Made by a program: the position numbers and the translations under genes. From the NCBI GenBank assembly GCA_963817955.1, contig CAWFQK010000001.1, forward strand, positions 224,001 through 288,000: a stretch of 64,000 bases of DNA, written 5' to 3'. The notes beneath the pieces were generated by a model. The model searched no databases, had not been told where the DNA came from, and was given only the letters and a program-made list of their open reading frames with translations. This DNA comes from an uncultured Gemmatimonadaceae bacterium (GTDB lineage Bacteria; Gemmatimonadota; Gemmatimonadetes; Gemmatimonadales; Gemmatimonadaceae). Position 1 is the first letter of the stretch, and each line of letters starts with the position of its first letter. Below, in pieces: positions 51,157-61,443 of the stretch.

Positions 51157-51947
51157 TTGCGCTCGTCGCGGACACGGAGATCGCGTTTGACGACGTCGGC
51201 TCAGGACTGCCGGTGGTGTTCATTCACGCCTTCCCGCTCAACCGCACGATGTGGGATCCGCAGGTGAGCGCGCTGGTCGCCGAGTGTCGCTGCATTCCTG
51301 TCGACCTTCGCGGATTCGGCGATTCGGCAGCAGCAGGGCCATACTCAATGGAGCGATACGCGGACGACGTGATGGGCGTGCTCGACACGCTGCAGATCGA
51401 GCGCGCGGTGATCGCCGGACTGTCGATGGGCGGGTACGTGGCGTTCGAAATCTGGCGTCGCTATTCCGCGCGCGTGCGCGCCCTCGTGCTGGCCGACACC
51501 CGCGCCGGCGCGGACACGGCAGAGACCGTGGCGCGGCGGCGCGAACTGATCGACGCGGCGACGACGCAAGGAAGCACCGCCGTCGCCAACGCACAGATCT
51601 CCGGACTCATGGGGAAAACGACGCGTGAGAAGCGGCACGACATCTACGACGCCATCCACCGCATGATGGCGCAGACGCCGCCCGAGGGAATCATCGGCGC
51701 GCTCGAGGCAATGATTGCTCGGCCGGATTCGACCGATACCCTGGCGACGATCGACGTACCGACACTGATCGTCGTGGGTGACGAGGATGTGCTCACGCCA
51801 CCAAAGGAAGCACGCGCGATGCAGACGGCGATTGTGGGAAGCCGGCTCGAGGTGCTGCCGCAGGCGGGACACCTGTCCAGCGTGGAGCGGCCAGCCTCCT
51901 TCAACACGGTCGTGACCGAGTTCCTCGGCAGCCTCCTCTACAATTAA
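51153..51947 (+). CDS. Alpha/beta hydrolase
   Basis: HAFP, DLRGFG, GLSMGG and GHLS. Confidence 0.9.
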   Translation: MIALVADTEIAFDDVGSGLPVVFIHAFPLNRTMWDPQVSALVAECRCIPVDLRGFGDSAAAGPYSMERYADDVMGVLDTLQIERAVIAGLSMGGYVAFEIWRRYSARVRALVLADTRAGADTAETVARRRELIDAATTQGSTAVANAQISGLMGKTTREKRHDIYDAIHRMMAQTPPEGIIGALEAMIARPDSTDTLATIDVPTLIVVGDEDVLTPPKEARAMQTAIVGSRLEVLPQAGHLSSVERPASFNTVVTEFLGSLLYN

Positions 51948-51957
51948 CTTTCGACGG

Positions 51958-52587
51958 ATGCCACTCACCGCCCCCCCCACCACCTCGACCTCGGCGTCCG
52001 CTGCAGAACAGCGCACGAGCGCTCGGCTCGGCGCCGTGCTGTTTCGCAACAGGAGCTGGCTCCCGGTTCCCTTCCTGCTCGTCGCGCTGCTCGCTCCAGC
52101 CCATCCGACGGCCATCAACTGGATCGCCGGCGCGGTGCTGATCGTATTCGGCGAATGGATTCGGATGTCGGGCGTCGCCGCTGCCGGCACCGTGACGCGT
52201 CGCCGTTCACGCGACGTTCAGCGTCTCGTGACCTACGGCGTCTTCCGGTGGGTGCGCAACCCGCTGTACGTCGGGAATTTCTTCATCTGGATGGGCTTCG
52301 TGGTGATCTCGGGCGTGATGTGGTTCCTGCCCATCGCGATGGTCTTCTTCGGAATCGAATACACGCTCATCGTGGCCTACGAGGAAGGTGTGCTCGAGTC
52401 GATTTTCGGGCAGGAATACCTGGACTACAAGAAGACGACGGCCCGCTGGGTGCCGCGGCCGCCGGCATCGCCTGAGAGCGGGGAGCACGACTGGAGGGAA
52501 GCGTGGCGGAGCGAGATCTCGACGTTCATGCAGTACGGCGCTCTCGCCTTGGTGTTCGCAGGCAAGCAATGGTTCACGCGCGGTTAA
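51958..52587 (+). CDS. Isoprenylcysteine carboxyl methyltransferase-family membrane protein
   Basis: LVTYGVFRWVRNPLYVG and EEGVL..FGQEY. Confidence 0.88.
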   Translation: MPLTAPPTTSTSASAAEQRTSARLGAVLFRNRSWLPVPFLLVALLAPAHPTAINWIAGAVLIVFGEWIRMSGVAAAGTVTRRRSRDVQRLVTYGVFRWVRNPLYVGNFFIWMGFVVISGVMWFLPIAMVFFGIEYTLIVAYEEGVLESIFGQEYLDYKKTTARWVPRPPASPESGEHDWREAWRSEISTFMQYGALALVFAGKQWFTRG

Positions 52588-52605
52588 CGCGCGGAGCTCA
52601 TGGCA

Positions 52606-52646
52606 CAGCATGAAGGCCTCGGGCGGTGCCCGAGGCCTTCATGCTG
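52606..52646. terminator. Perfect 19-bp hairpin between convergent genes
   Basis: cagcatgaaggcctcgggc-ggt-gcccgaggccttcatgctg. Confidence 0.75.
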
Positions 52647-52651
52647 CGAAG

Positions 52652-52915
52652 CTACTTCTGAGGCCGTCCCGGCGGGTTGTCACTCTTGAACACATCCCGA
52701 TTGATCTGGATGTATTCCTTCATGTTTCCCGGTACGTCCTCCTCCGGGAAGATCGCCGTGACCGGGCATTCGGGCTCACAAGCACCGCAGTCGATGCACT
52801 CGTCCGGGTGAATGTAGAGCTGCTTCTCGCCTTCGTATATGCAATCGACCGGGCAGACGTCCACACAGGCGCGGTCCTTGGTGCCAATGCAAGCTTCGGT
52901 GATGACGTAGGGCAT
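52652..52915 (-). CDS. Dicluster ferredoxin
   Basis: [14 protein letters not shown] and [12 protein letters not shown]. Confidence 0.95.
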   Translation of the reverse strand: MPYVITEACIGTKDRACVDVCPVDCIYEGEKQLYIHPDECIDCGACEPECPVTAIFPEEDVPGNMKEYIQINRDVFKSDNPPGRPQK

Positions 52916-52999
52916 ACGGGCCTCGAGTAATCCTGCGATTTGAAGTCGTTGAGACTAAGATAGGTGCGTCCGCCGCATCGTCAACGGATGCTCCGACGA

Positions 53000-53308
53000 C
53001 TATCGCCAGGGAGGAATGTTGTCCTTGTTGCCCTTCAGCTCGGGGTTCTCGCGATAGATCGTTGCCGTCTTGCCAATGACTTGCACGACATCGGCGCCGA
53101 GAGCGACCGCAACTTCAGTCGCGGCGTCGCGCATATCGATGTCGGCGTTCTTGCCGAACTGGATCTTCACCAGTTCGTGCGTGCGTAGTGCGTCGTCGAT
53201 GGTCTGACGAACGGATTCGGAGAAACCGTGTTGGCCGAGGTGGACGGAGGCGCTCAGGGCGTTTGCTTCAGCGCGGAGTGCGGCGCGTTCCTTCGATGAG
53301 AGTGGCAT
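53000..53308 (-). CDS. yhbY: YhbY/CRM RNA-binding protein
   Basis: HELVKI and VVQVIGKTATIYR. Confidence 0.88.
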   Translation of the reverse strand: MPLSSKERAALRAEANALSASVHLGQHGFSESVRQTIDDALRTHELVKIQFGKNADIDMRDAATEVAVALGADVVQVIGKTATIYRENPELKGNKDNIPPWR

Positions 53309-53317
53309 GACGACAAG

Positions 53318-53986
53318 CTAGTCGTCGTGCGGCTGCCCCACGAGCCGTTTTCCGGCTGCGGTGTGCGGCAAGCCGCCCAGCGCCTCATATGGATCGATGG
53401 GCTCGCCATTCCAGTACTTCCCGTCAGCTGGCCAGCGCATGACCTGGAAGTGGAGGTGCGGCGTATCCTTCGGCGCGTTGCCAGTGGTGCCGACAAAGCC
53501 GAGCGTGTCGCCTTTCACGATTGAGCGACCCGGCGACATGGCATCGTTGTAATGATCCATGTGCGCGTAGTAATAGACGAATCGATTATCTGTATCGGCG
53601 GTGTACATGGTGATGCCGCCGAGCGTGTTCGACGTCATCCGGAGAATCCGTCCATCATCGGCGGACAGGATGGGGGTGCCGCGCGGTGCGAGAATGTCGA
53701 TCGCGTGGTGAGCCCGCTCGCCGCCGTCGCGGCCGTCGCCGAAGGTGTCCTCGAGCTTCGAGGGAGCGACGCCAGCAACGGGAACCAGGAGCCGTCGCGC
53801 TTCGAGATCGGTGGGCGACATCGACGTCGCACCGGCAGCCGGCGCCGGCGCTGGTACGCCAGGAAGCACCGCGGCTGCCTCGGGCTTGATACCGGCGCTC
53901 TCTGGCGTGGGATAGTAGAGCACCGGCCTCGCACAGGCGGTACCGAGAGCAAGCAGTGGGGCGAGGAGGATAGTGGGCCGCATCAC
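53318..53986 (-). CDS. M23 peptidase lipoprotein
   Basis: HHAID, YAHM and PHLHF; lipobox. Confidence 0.9.
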   Translation of the reverse strand: MMRPTILLAPLLALGTACARPVLYYPTPESAGIKPEAAAVLPGVPAPAPAAGATSMSPTDLEARRLLVPVAGVAPSKLEDTFGDGRDGGERAHHAIDILAPRGTPILSADDGRILRMTSNTLGGITMYTADTDNRFVYYYAHMDHYNDAMSPGRSIVKGDTLGFVGTTGNAPKDTPHLHFQVMRWPADGKYWNGEPIDPYEALGGLPHTAAGKRLVGQPHDD

Positions 53987-54073
53987 GGGGTTGACGACTT
54001 TCAGGGAAAAAGGTTGCTGGATGTCGTCGTAGTACCGTCTGATGCGCGCGCGGGGTCAGTATATATTCACACC

Positions 54074-54277
54074 ATGGAACACACTGACCGCTACATCCCG
54101 GCCGACACCAACGCTGGATGGGGCTTTGCGTGCGGCGTTCTCCTTCTCGCGGCGTTTTGCATCGCGACCGCTACTTATATCCATAAGCGGACGTACAGGC
54201 ATCCGACGGACGTCACCTGGCATGGTAAGGGATCGGGCGATCAGACGCCGCCAGCTGCAGGCTCGCGGCAACAGTAG
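54074..54277 (+). CDS. Small membrane protein
   Basis: 67 aa with a single TM helix, followed by a terminator. Confidence 0.6.
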   Translation: MEHTDRYIPADTNAGWGFACGVLLLAAFCIATATYIHKRTYRHPTDVTWHGKGSGDQTPPAAGSRQQ

Positions 54278-54299
54278 AAGGTCTCGACGTTTGCCCATG

Positions 54300-54325
54300 G
54301 CGGGACCAACTGGTCCCGCTTTTTT
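54300..54325 (+). terminator. Intrinsic terminator
   Basis: gcgggacca-ac-tggtcccgc-tttttt. Confidence 0.8.
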
Positions 54326-54394
54326 GTCGTCTGCGACGCACCGTTCTCCAGGGACGGACGCTAGGGACACACGCTCCCCTAGCCTTCCAGACCT

Positions 54395-54419
54395 ATACCC
54401 GACTAATTTTATCTGCTTG
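54395..54419 (+). promoter_or_regulatory. IscR/Rrf2 type-1-like operator upstream of sufB
   Basis: ATACCCGACTAATTTTATCTGCTTG; an AT-rich island whose left half resembles the IscR type-1 consensus. Confidence 0.55.
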
Positions 54420-54586
54420 GCTGAATCTGCCTGAATTTGGCGACGGCGCCGAGCGGGCATATGGCTGGGACGAGTCCGCAAGCGGTCCACCGAACACGAG
54501 CTGGGCCGCGTTCTCGGGAACGGTTGTCGCGTTCTCGTCTGAGCCATCGCCGAACGGCGATTTTGCGCAGCTACGTGGAGCTACAG

Positions 54587-56020
54587 ATGAGCAGTTCGAT
54601 CGAGAACCTGATCAGCCGGGAGTACCAGCACGGATTCGTGACCGACATCGCGTCGGACACGTTTCCACCTGGACTGAGCGAGGACGTCGTCCGCGCCATT
54701 TCGGCCAAGAAGAACGAGCCTGCTTTCATGGTCGAGTGGCGGCTGAGGGCCTATCGCCGTTGGCTGTCCATGAAGGAGCCGCACTGGCCGAACGTGACGT
54801 ACGGTCCGATCGACTACCAGGGCATCAGCTACTACTCGGCGCCCAAGACCAACAAGCCGCTCGGTAGCATCGATGAAGTAGATCCCGAGCTGCTGAAGAC
54901 GTACACGAAGCTCGGCATTCCACTCGCCGAGCAGAAGTTTCTCGCTGGCGTCGCCGTCGATGCGATCTTCGACTCCGTGTCGGTGGGCACGACGATGCGC
55001 GAAGAGCTGGCCAAGCACGGTATCATTTTTTGCTCGTTCGGCGACGCGTTGCGCGAGCATCCCGATCTCGTGGAGAAGTACCTCGGCTCCGTGGTTCCGT
55101 ACAGCGACAACTTCTTCGCGGCGCTCAACAGCGCCGTCTTCTCCGACGGCTCGTTCGTGTACGTGCCGAAGGGGGTACGCTGCCCGGTGGAGCTTTCGAC
55201 GTACTTCCGCATCAACTCGGCAGACACCGGCCAATTCGAGCGGACGCTGATCGTGGCCGACGAGGGAGCGTACGTCAGCTACCTCGAGGGCTGCACGGCG
55301 CCAAAGCGGAGCACGAATCAGCTGCACGCGGCCGTGGTCGAGTTGGTCGCGCTGAAGGGCGCGACGATCAAGTACTCGACCGTTCAGAATTGGTACGCGG
55401 GCGACAAGGAAGGCCGGGGCGGCATCTACAACTTCGTCACCAAACGCGGCAAGGCGGCGGAGAATGCGAAGATCTCGTGGACGCAAGTGGAGACCGGGAG
55501 CGCGATCACGTGGAAGTATCCAAGCGTGATCCTGCAGGGTGACAACGCCGTGGGCGAGTTCTACAGCGTGGCAGTGGTGAACAACAAGCAGCAAGCCGAT
55601 ACGGGCACGAAGATGATCCATATCGGCCGGAACACGAGGTCGACCGTCGTCTCGAAGGGCATCTCGGCGGGCGAGGGCAACAACTCCTATCGTGGCCGGG
55701 TGCAGGTGTTGCCGAAAGCGACGGGCGCGCGCAATTACACGCAGTGTGACTCGATGCTCGTCGGCAATCGCTGTGGGGCGCACACGTTTCCGTACATTGA
55801 AGTGGGCAACAACAGCGCCATCGTCGAGCACGAGGCATCGACTTCGAAGATCGGGGAAGACCAGATCTTCTATCTGAAACAGCGCGGGCTGAGCGCCGAA
55901 CAGGCGGTCTCGATGATCGTCAGCGGATTCTGCAAGGAAGTGTTCAAGGAATTGCCGATGGAGTTCGCGCTGGAGGCGCAGGCGCTGCTCGGCATCACGT
56001 TGGAAGGGAGCGTCGGGTAA
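54587..56020 (+). CDS. sufB: Fe-S cluster assembly protein SufB
   Basis: [26 protein letters not shown] and EHEASTSKI. Confidence 0.97.
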   Translation: MSSSIENLISREYQHGFVTDIASDTFPPGLSEDVVRAISAKKNEPAFMVEWRLRAYRRWLSMKEPHWPNVTYGPIDYQGISYYSAPKTNKPLGSIDEVDPELLKTYTKLGIPLAEQKFLAGVAVDAIFDSVSVGTTMREELAKHGIIFCSFGDALREHPDLVEKYLGSVVPYSDNFFAALNSAVFSDGSFVYVPKGVRCPVELSTYFRINSADTGQFERTLIVADEGAYVSYLEGCTAPKRSTNQLHAAVVELVALKGATIKYSTVQNWYAGDKEGRGGIYNFVTKRGKAAENAKISWTQVETGSAITWKYPSVILQGDNAVGEFYSVAVVNNKQQADTGTKMIHIGRNTRSTVVSKGISAGEGNNSYRGRVQVLPKATGARNYTQCDSMLVGNRCGAHTFPYIEVGNNSAIVEHEASTSKIGEDQIFYLKQRGLSAEQAVSMIVSGFCKEVFKELPMEFALEAQALLGITLEGSVG

Positions 56021-56028
56021 CCAGGACC

Positions 56029-56799
56029 ATGCCACTACTCGAGATCAAGGGCCTGCGGGCCAACGTCGGCGATAAGGAAATTCTCAAGGGATTGGATCTC
56101 ACGGTCGATGCCGGCGAGATCCACGCCGTGATGGGACCGAACGGCTCCGGCAAGAGCACTCTGGCGCAGGTACTGGCCGGCAACCCGGCGTACCAGGTGA
56201 CGGCGGGGTCGGTCGCCTACGGCGGCGAGGATCTGCTGGCGATGGATCCGGAAGTGCGCGCGCAGCGCGGCATCTTCCTCGCCTTTCAATACCCGATCGA
56301 AATTCCGGGTGTGTCGAACGCCTATTTTCTGCGCGCCGCGTACAACGAAATTCGCAAGGCACGCGGCGGTGAGGAGGTCGACCCGCTCGAGTTCGCCGAT
56401 TTGATGGAGGAGAAGCTCAAGATCGTCGACATGGATCCGGCCATGCTCAGCCGGTCGGTGAATCACGGATTCTCTGGTGGCGAGAAGAAGCGAAACGAGA
56501 TCCTCCAGATGGCGGTGCTCGAGCCGAAGCTTGCCATCCTCGACGAGACCGATTCGGGACTCGACATCGACGCGCTGCGCGTCGTGGCCGACGGAGTGAA
56601 CAAGCTGAAGCAGCCAGACAATGCGACGATCGTCGTGACGCATTATCAACGGCTGCTCAACTACATCGTTCCCGACTATGTGCACGTGTTGGCCAACGGG
56701 CGCATTCTGAAGTCGGGCCACAAGGACCTGGCGCTCGAGCTCGAGGAGAAGGGCTACGACTGGGTGACGGGTGGAATGCCGGCGGGAGTCTCGGCGTGA
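56029..56799 (+). CDS. sufC: Fe-S cluster assembly ATPase SufC
   Basis: GPNGSGKST, FSGGEKKRNE and LDETDSGLDID. Confidence 0.97.
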   Translation: MPLLEIKGLRANVGDKEILKGLDLTVDAGEIHAVMGPNGSGKSTLAQVLAGNPAYQVTAGSVAYGGEDLLAMDPEVRAQRGIFLAFQYPIEIPGVSNAYFLRAAYNEIRKARGGEEVDPLEFADLMEEKLKIVDMDPAMLSRSVNHGFSGGEKKRNEILQMAVLEPKLAILDETDSGLDIDALRVVADGVNKLKQPDNATIVVTHYQRLLNYIVPDYVHVLANGRILKSGHKDLALELEEKGYDWVTGGMPAGVSA

Positions 56800-58112
56800 C
56801 CACTCCGGTCGTCTCGGGTAGCGCCGAATCGTACGTCGCCGCATTCGAGGAACTGACGTCCGACACGACCGCGGCGCCGGCCTGGGTGCAGTCGGTGCGC
56901 CGGGCCGCGTTTGACCGTTTTGCGGCACTCGGCTTCCCGACCACCAAGAACGAAGATTGGCACTTCACCACCGTCTCGCCGATCGCCGATCGCGACTTCA
57001 CCTTGCTGCAGGCGAAGAGCGGCGACGTGCGTCGCGATGAGCTGGCGCCATTCCGTTTCGGCGCGGAGAACTGGCACACGATGGTGTTCGTGAATGGCCG
57101 CTTCGCGCCCGAGCTGTCGGACTGTGTCACGCTCCCAGCGGGCGTCAGGGTGTGGGACCTGGCGTCGGCGTGGACCAAGGCGCCGGACGTCGTCGATCGC
57201 ATCGGCAAGGTGGCGAGCTACGACACGCAGAGCTTCACGGCGCTCAACACGGCATTCATGCACGACGGCGCGGTCGTCCAGATCTCGAAGCAGACAGAGC
57301 TCGCCCGGCCGATCCACCTGCTGTACGTCACTGACGCCAACGCCGCGAAGGGGATGATGCATCCGCGCAACCTCATCCTTGTCGGGCGGCAGTCGAAGGC
57401 GACCGTGATCGAGAGCTACGTCTCGACGACTGACGCGATGTACTTCGCCAATCCCGTGACTGAAGTGACGCTTGCCGAGGGCGCCACGCTGCGGCACTAC
57501 ACGATGCAGCGGGAGTCGGAGCGGGCGTTGCACGTCGGGACGACCGAGGTGATGCAGGGACGCGACAGTCACTATGTCTCGTTCTCGTTCGCCACCGGGG
57601 CAGCGCTGTCCCGCTCGAACGTCTACACCACCCTCGACGGCGAGGGCAGCGGCGCAACGCTGAACGGGCTCTTCATGCTCGACGGCGAGCAGCACTCGGA
57701 CCACCAGACACAGATCGTGCACGCGCAGCCGAACACGTTCAGCCGAGAGCTCTACAAGGCCGTCCTCGACGGTCGCGCGCACGGCGTGTTCAATGGCAAG
57801 GTGTACGTCCATCCGGTTGCGCAGAAGGCCGACGGCAAGCAGACGAACAACACACTGCTCCTGTCCGACACCGCGCAGATCGACACCAAGCCGCAGCTCG
57901 AGATCTTTGCCGATGACGTGAAGTGCACGCACGGCGCAACGGTGGGGCAGATCGATCAGACGGCGCTCTTCTACCTAAAGAGCCGGGGCATCCCCGAGCA
58001 CTTCGCCCGCCGTCTCCTCACCTACGCCTTCGCGGCGGACGTGCTGGAGAAGATCGAAGTCGACGAGGTGCGGGAAGCCTTGGAGACGATGGCCCTGGAA
58101 CGGTTCGTCTAA
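56796..58112 (+). CDS. sufD: Fe-S cluster assembly protein SufD
   Basis: PQLEIFADDVKCTHGATVG and FYLKSRGI. Confidence 0.96.
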   Translation: MTTPVVSGSAESYVAAFEELTSDTTAAPAWVQSVRRAAFDRFAALGFPTTKNEDWHFTTVSPIADRDFTLLQAKSGDVRRDELAPFRFGAENWHTMVFVNGRFAPELSDCVTLPAGVRVWDLASAWTKAPDVVDRIGKVASYDTQSFTALNTAFMHDGAVVQISKQTELARPIHLLYVTDANAAKGMMHPRNLILVGRQSKATVIESYVSTTDAMYFANPVTEVTLAEGATLRHYTMQRESERALHVGTTEVMQGRDSHYVSFSFATGAALSRSNVYTTLDGEGSGATLNGLFMLDGEQHSDHQTQIVHAQPNTFSRELYKAVLDGRAHGVFNGKVYVHPVAQKADGKQTNNTLLLSDTAQIDTKPQLEIFADDVKCTHGATVGQIDQTALFYLKSRGIPEHFARRLLTYAFAADVLEKIEVDEVREALETMALERFV

Positions 58113-58137
58113 CAGCCAAGAACCAGCATCACGCCTC

Positions 58138-58620
58138 ATGTCCACCGAAGCGCTGTACCAAGAGCTCATCCTCGAGCACAACCGGAAGCCGCGCAATTTC
58201 CGCGAGATCGCGGATGCGGATCGCATGGTAGAGGGACGGAATCCGCTGTGCGGAGACGCGCTCACGATCTGGGTAAAGATGGACGGCGACCGGGTCGCTG
58301 ACGTGAGCTTCCAGGGACACGGGTGTGCGATCTCCAAGGCGTCTGCTTCGCTGATGACAGTGGCCGTGAAGGGTAAGAGCCGCGCCGAGGCGGAGCAGAT
58401 TTTCGAGCGGTTCCATCGCCTGGTGCTCGGTGAGCTACCGGCATCCGAGCATGCATCGCTTGGCTCGCTCCGCGCACTCGGTGGCGTGGCGAAGTTTCCG
58501 CTGCGCGTGAAGTGCGCCAGCCTCGCGTGGCACGCACTGCATTCGGCGCTCGCGACGACCGAGCAGGAGGTGTCCACCGAGCGCGAAGGACCCGAGCCGC
58601 CGCCGCTGGAAGGGGCATGA
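58138..58620 (+). CDS. sufU: SufU/IscU-family sulfur acceptor
   Basis: NPLCGD, GCAISKASAS and RVKCA. Confidence 0.92.
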   Translation: MSTEALYQELILEHNRKPRNFREIADADRMVEGRNPLCGDALTIWVKMDGDRVADVSFQGHGCAISKASASLMTVAVKGKSRAEAEQIFERFHRLVLGELPASEHASLGSLRALGGVAKFPLRVKCASLAWHALHSALATTEQEVSTEREGPEPPPLEGA

Positions 58621-59819
58621 TAGTCGACCGCTCCGATTTTCCGCTGCTCGCATCGAATCCTGAACTGCACTATCTCGATTCGGCAGCCACGTCGCAGAAA
58701 CCGCGTGCGGTACTCGACGCGATGATGCACTACTACACACACGACAACGCCAATCCGCACCGCGGCGCCTACACGCTGTCGGCGCGTGCCACCGACGCAT
58801 ATCACGATGCGCGGACGCGCATCGCGCGGTTCGTGGGTGTGCAGGATGCGGCACGTCTCATCTTCACGCGCGGCACGACGGAATCCCTCAATCTCGTCGC
58901 CGCGGCGTGGGGGCGCGCGAACCTCGCGGTCCGCGATGAGATCGTCGTCACAGGCTTGGAGCATCACGCCAATTTCGTCCCGTGGCAGCAGATAGCTCGC
59001 GAGAAAGGTGCGACGCTCCGCATTTGCGGTATCACGAGCGATGGACGCATCGATGTCGGGCAATTCTCGTCGCTGATCGGCCCACGGACGAAGGTCGTCT
59101 CGTTCGGCCATGTCTCGAACGCACTGGGAACGATCAATCCGATCGCCGAACTCGCGGCCATGGCGCGCCGCGTCGGTGCTGTCGTCGTGTGCGATGGTGC
59201 GCAGGCGGCGCCGCATCTGCCGCTGAACATCGATGGGCTCGACGTGGACTTCTACGCCTTTAGCGGCCACAAGATGCTCGGCCCCATGGGGTGCGGCGTA
59301 CTGGTCGGCAAGCGCGCGCTACTCGAGTCCATGCCGCCGTATCAGACCGGCGGCGACATGATCGAATATGTCGGGGACGAGCACAGCACCTGGAACGTGT
59401 TGCCGCACAAGTTCGAGGCGGGAACGCCGAACGTTGCCGACGCGATCGGCTTGGCCGCCGCGTGCGCGTATCTCGAGCGCGTCGGCATGGCGAACGTCCG
59501 GCGGCATGAGCAGCAGCTCACGGCGCTCGCGTCGGAACGGCTATCAGCAATTTCCGGCGTGCGCGTGTACGGTCCGCCCGCCGCCGAGCGCAGTGGCGTC
59601 GTGAGCTTCACCGTTGGCGATATCCACCCGCACGATCTGGCGACGATTCTCGATGAGACCGGCGTATGCGTTCGCGCCGGCCATCATTGTGCGCAGCCGC
59701 TCATGAGGCGGCTGGACGTGCCGGCCACGGCGCGCGCGTCCTTTTACATCTACAACACCGAGGCCGACGTCGACGCATTGGTCGCCGGAGTCGAGCACGC
59801 ACGGGAGGTTTTCGGCTGA
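58617..59819 (+). CDS. sufS: SufS cysteine desulfurase
   Basis: YLDSAATSQKP, FSGHKM and RAGHHCAQP. Confidence 0.95.
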   Translation: MIVDRSDFPLLASNPELHYLDSAATSQKPRAVLDAMMHYYTHDNANPHRGAYTLSARATDAYHDARTRIARFVGVQDAARLIFTRGTTESLNLVAAAWGRANLAVRDEIVVTGLEHHANFVPWQQIAREKGATLRICGITSDGRIDVGQFSSLIGPRTKVVSFGHVSNALGTINPIAELAAMARRVGAVVVCDGAQAAPHLPLNIDGLDVDFYAFSGHKMLGPMGCGVLVGKRALLESMPPYQTGGDMIEYVGDEHSTWNVLPHKFEAGTPNVADAIGLAAACAYLERVGMANVRRHEQQLTALASERLSAISGVRVYGPPAAERSGVVSFTVGDIHPHDLATILDETGVCVRAGHHCAQPLMRRLDVPATARASFYIYNTEADVDALVAGVEHAREVFG

Positions 59820-60121
59820 TGTACGCCATCGCGATCATTCGTTATCGCCGGCCGCTCGAAGAAGTGCTCGACGTCACCGAACGGCATCGCGCCTACCTCC
59901 GTGAGCTCAAGGATGAAGGCGTGCTGATTGCCTCGGGCCCGATGAATCCACGCACGGGCGGCCTCCTGCTGCTCAACGTGCCCGACGACAATGTCGTCGC
60001 GAACCTGGACCGCATTCGTGATGGCGATCCGTACGTGAAGTTCGGGTTGGCACAATACGAGTCGATTCCATGGTCGGTGGGACTCGGGAAGGAAGATCTG
60101 GATCGGATCGCCGAGGGCTGA
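59819..60121 (+). CDS. YciI-family protein
   Basis: HRAYL, ASGP and DPY; TGATG coupling to sufS. Confidence 0.85.
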   Translation: MYAIAIIRYRRPLEEVLDVTERHRAYLRELKDEGVLIASGPMNPRTGGLLLLNVPDDNVVANLDRIRDGDPYVKFGLAQYESIPWSVGLGKEDLDRIAEG

Positions 60122-60127
60122 ACGGCC

Positions 60128-61381
60128 CTATCGGACGCCAGCCAGCGCGGCGACGATGAGCGCCACCCACTGGATGCCGAGCCAGCCGTTCGGGCCATCA
60201 TCATACCATTCGCCCAGCGAATGCGCGCCTTCCGCATGACCGCCGCCGCCCACGGTGATCGCCGGAACTCCGAGGCTGATCGGAATGTTCGCGTCGGTGC
60301 TCGACGCGGTCGTGGTCGATGTAAACCCAAGCGCCTTTGCTGCACTGAGCGCGGTCTGAACGATCGCCACGTTGTCCGACTGGCCACCGGTGGGGCGAAT
60401 GCCGATCGTATCGATGGTCATCGAAAGCTTCGCCGCCGCCGCCCGCGGCCCGGGCCAACGTACATTCTCCGCGTCGAGCGCGGCGTGCAGGATGCGCAGG
60501 ATTTTTTCGTTCGTCGTGGCGAGCGAGGTTGCATCTTCCGATCGCATGTCCACGTCCATTGACGCTTCGAACGGGATCGAATTCACGGACGTGCCGCCGG
60601 TGATCACGCCCACGTTGAACGTTGTCTTTGGCGTCGTCGGCACCTGAATATCGGCAATGCCCGCGATGGCACGGCCAAGTGCGTGAATGGGATTCGGAAT
60701 GCCGAACGCGCCGTAACTATGTCCGCCCGGCCCCCGGTACGTCACTTTGTAGCGGTTGCTGCCGACCGCTCTGCTCACGATGTGCATTTCCGCATCGTCG
60801 ACGGAGATGAAGTAGTCGATCTTCCCCTTCAGGGAGTGGTCGAACAGATACCGCGTGCCGCGAAGATTCCCTGGTCCTTCTTCGCCGACATTGCCCACGA
60901 AGTACACGGTGCCGATTGTTTGCACGCCGGCCTGGTTGAACGCCCGCGCGATGGCGAGCAGGGTGGCCAGACCGCGATCGTCGTCGCCGATTCCCGGTGC
61001 GCGCAGCTTGGTCCCCTCATGTTTGACCGTGACGTCCGTGCCTTCGGGGAACACGGTGTCGAGGTGCCCCTGAATGAGCACGGTTGGGCCTTTGCCGCTT
61101 CCCGGACGCTCGGCGATGACGTTGCCTACCGAGTCGATGCGCACGTTCCTGAAGCCGAGCGCTTCGAGGCGTTTCTTGTACTCCAGGCCCCGCGCGGTCT
61201 CCTTGAACGGCGGCGCCGGGATCTGCGTCAACTCCACCTGCTGTTGGAGCGTCCACGCATTGTCGGCCTTGATGATGTCGAGGGCAGCGCGGACTTTCGG
61301 GTTTGACGACGGAAGCACGACCTGCGCTGGCAACGGAGCCGCGAGCAACAGGACGATAGTGGCGAAGCGCAGGCGGTTCAT
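60128..61381 (-). CDS. Secreted M20/M25/M40 metallohydrolase
   Basis: GHLDTVF, GIGDD, VGEEG, GGHS and AHSLGE. Confidence 0.9.
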   Translation of the reverse strand: MNRLRFATIVLLLAAPLPAQVVLPSSNPKVRAALDIIKADNAWTLQQQVELTQIPAPPFKETARGLEYKKRLEALGFRNVRIDSVGNVIAERPGSGKGPTVLIQGHLDTVFPEGTDVTVKHEGTKLRAPGIGDDDRGLATLLAIARAFNQAGVQTIGTVYFVGNVGEEGPGNLRGTRYLFDHSLKGKIDYFISVDDAEMHIVSRAVGSNRYKVTYRGPGGHSYGAFGIPNPIHALGRAIAGIADIQVPTTPKTTFNVGVITGGTSVNSIPFEASMDVDMRSEDATSLATTNEKILRILHAALDAENVRWPGPRAAAAKLSMTIDTIGIRPTGGQSDNVAIVQTALSAAKALGFTSTTTASSTDANIPISLGVPAITVGGGGHAEGAHSLGEWYDDGPNGWLGIQWVALIVAALAGVR

Positions 61382-61443
61382 GAGCGAGTGGTGGGATGAG
61401 AAGTGGGACAGGGGCGCGGGACACGAGACACAAGACACGTGCA

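Noticed and set aside
54581..59270. Long minus-strand ORFs (484, 297, 392 and 431 aa)
   Set aside because: Antisense to sufB/C/D/U/S, with no motifs.
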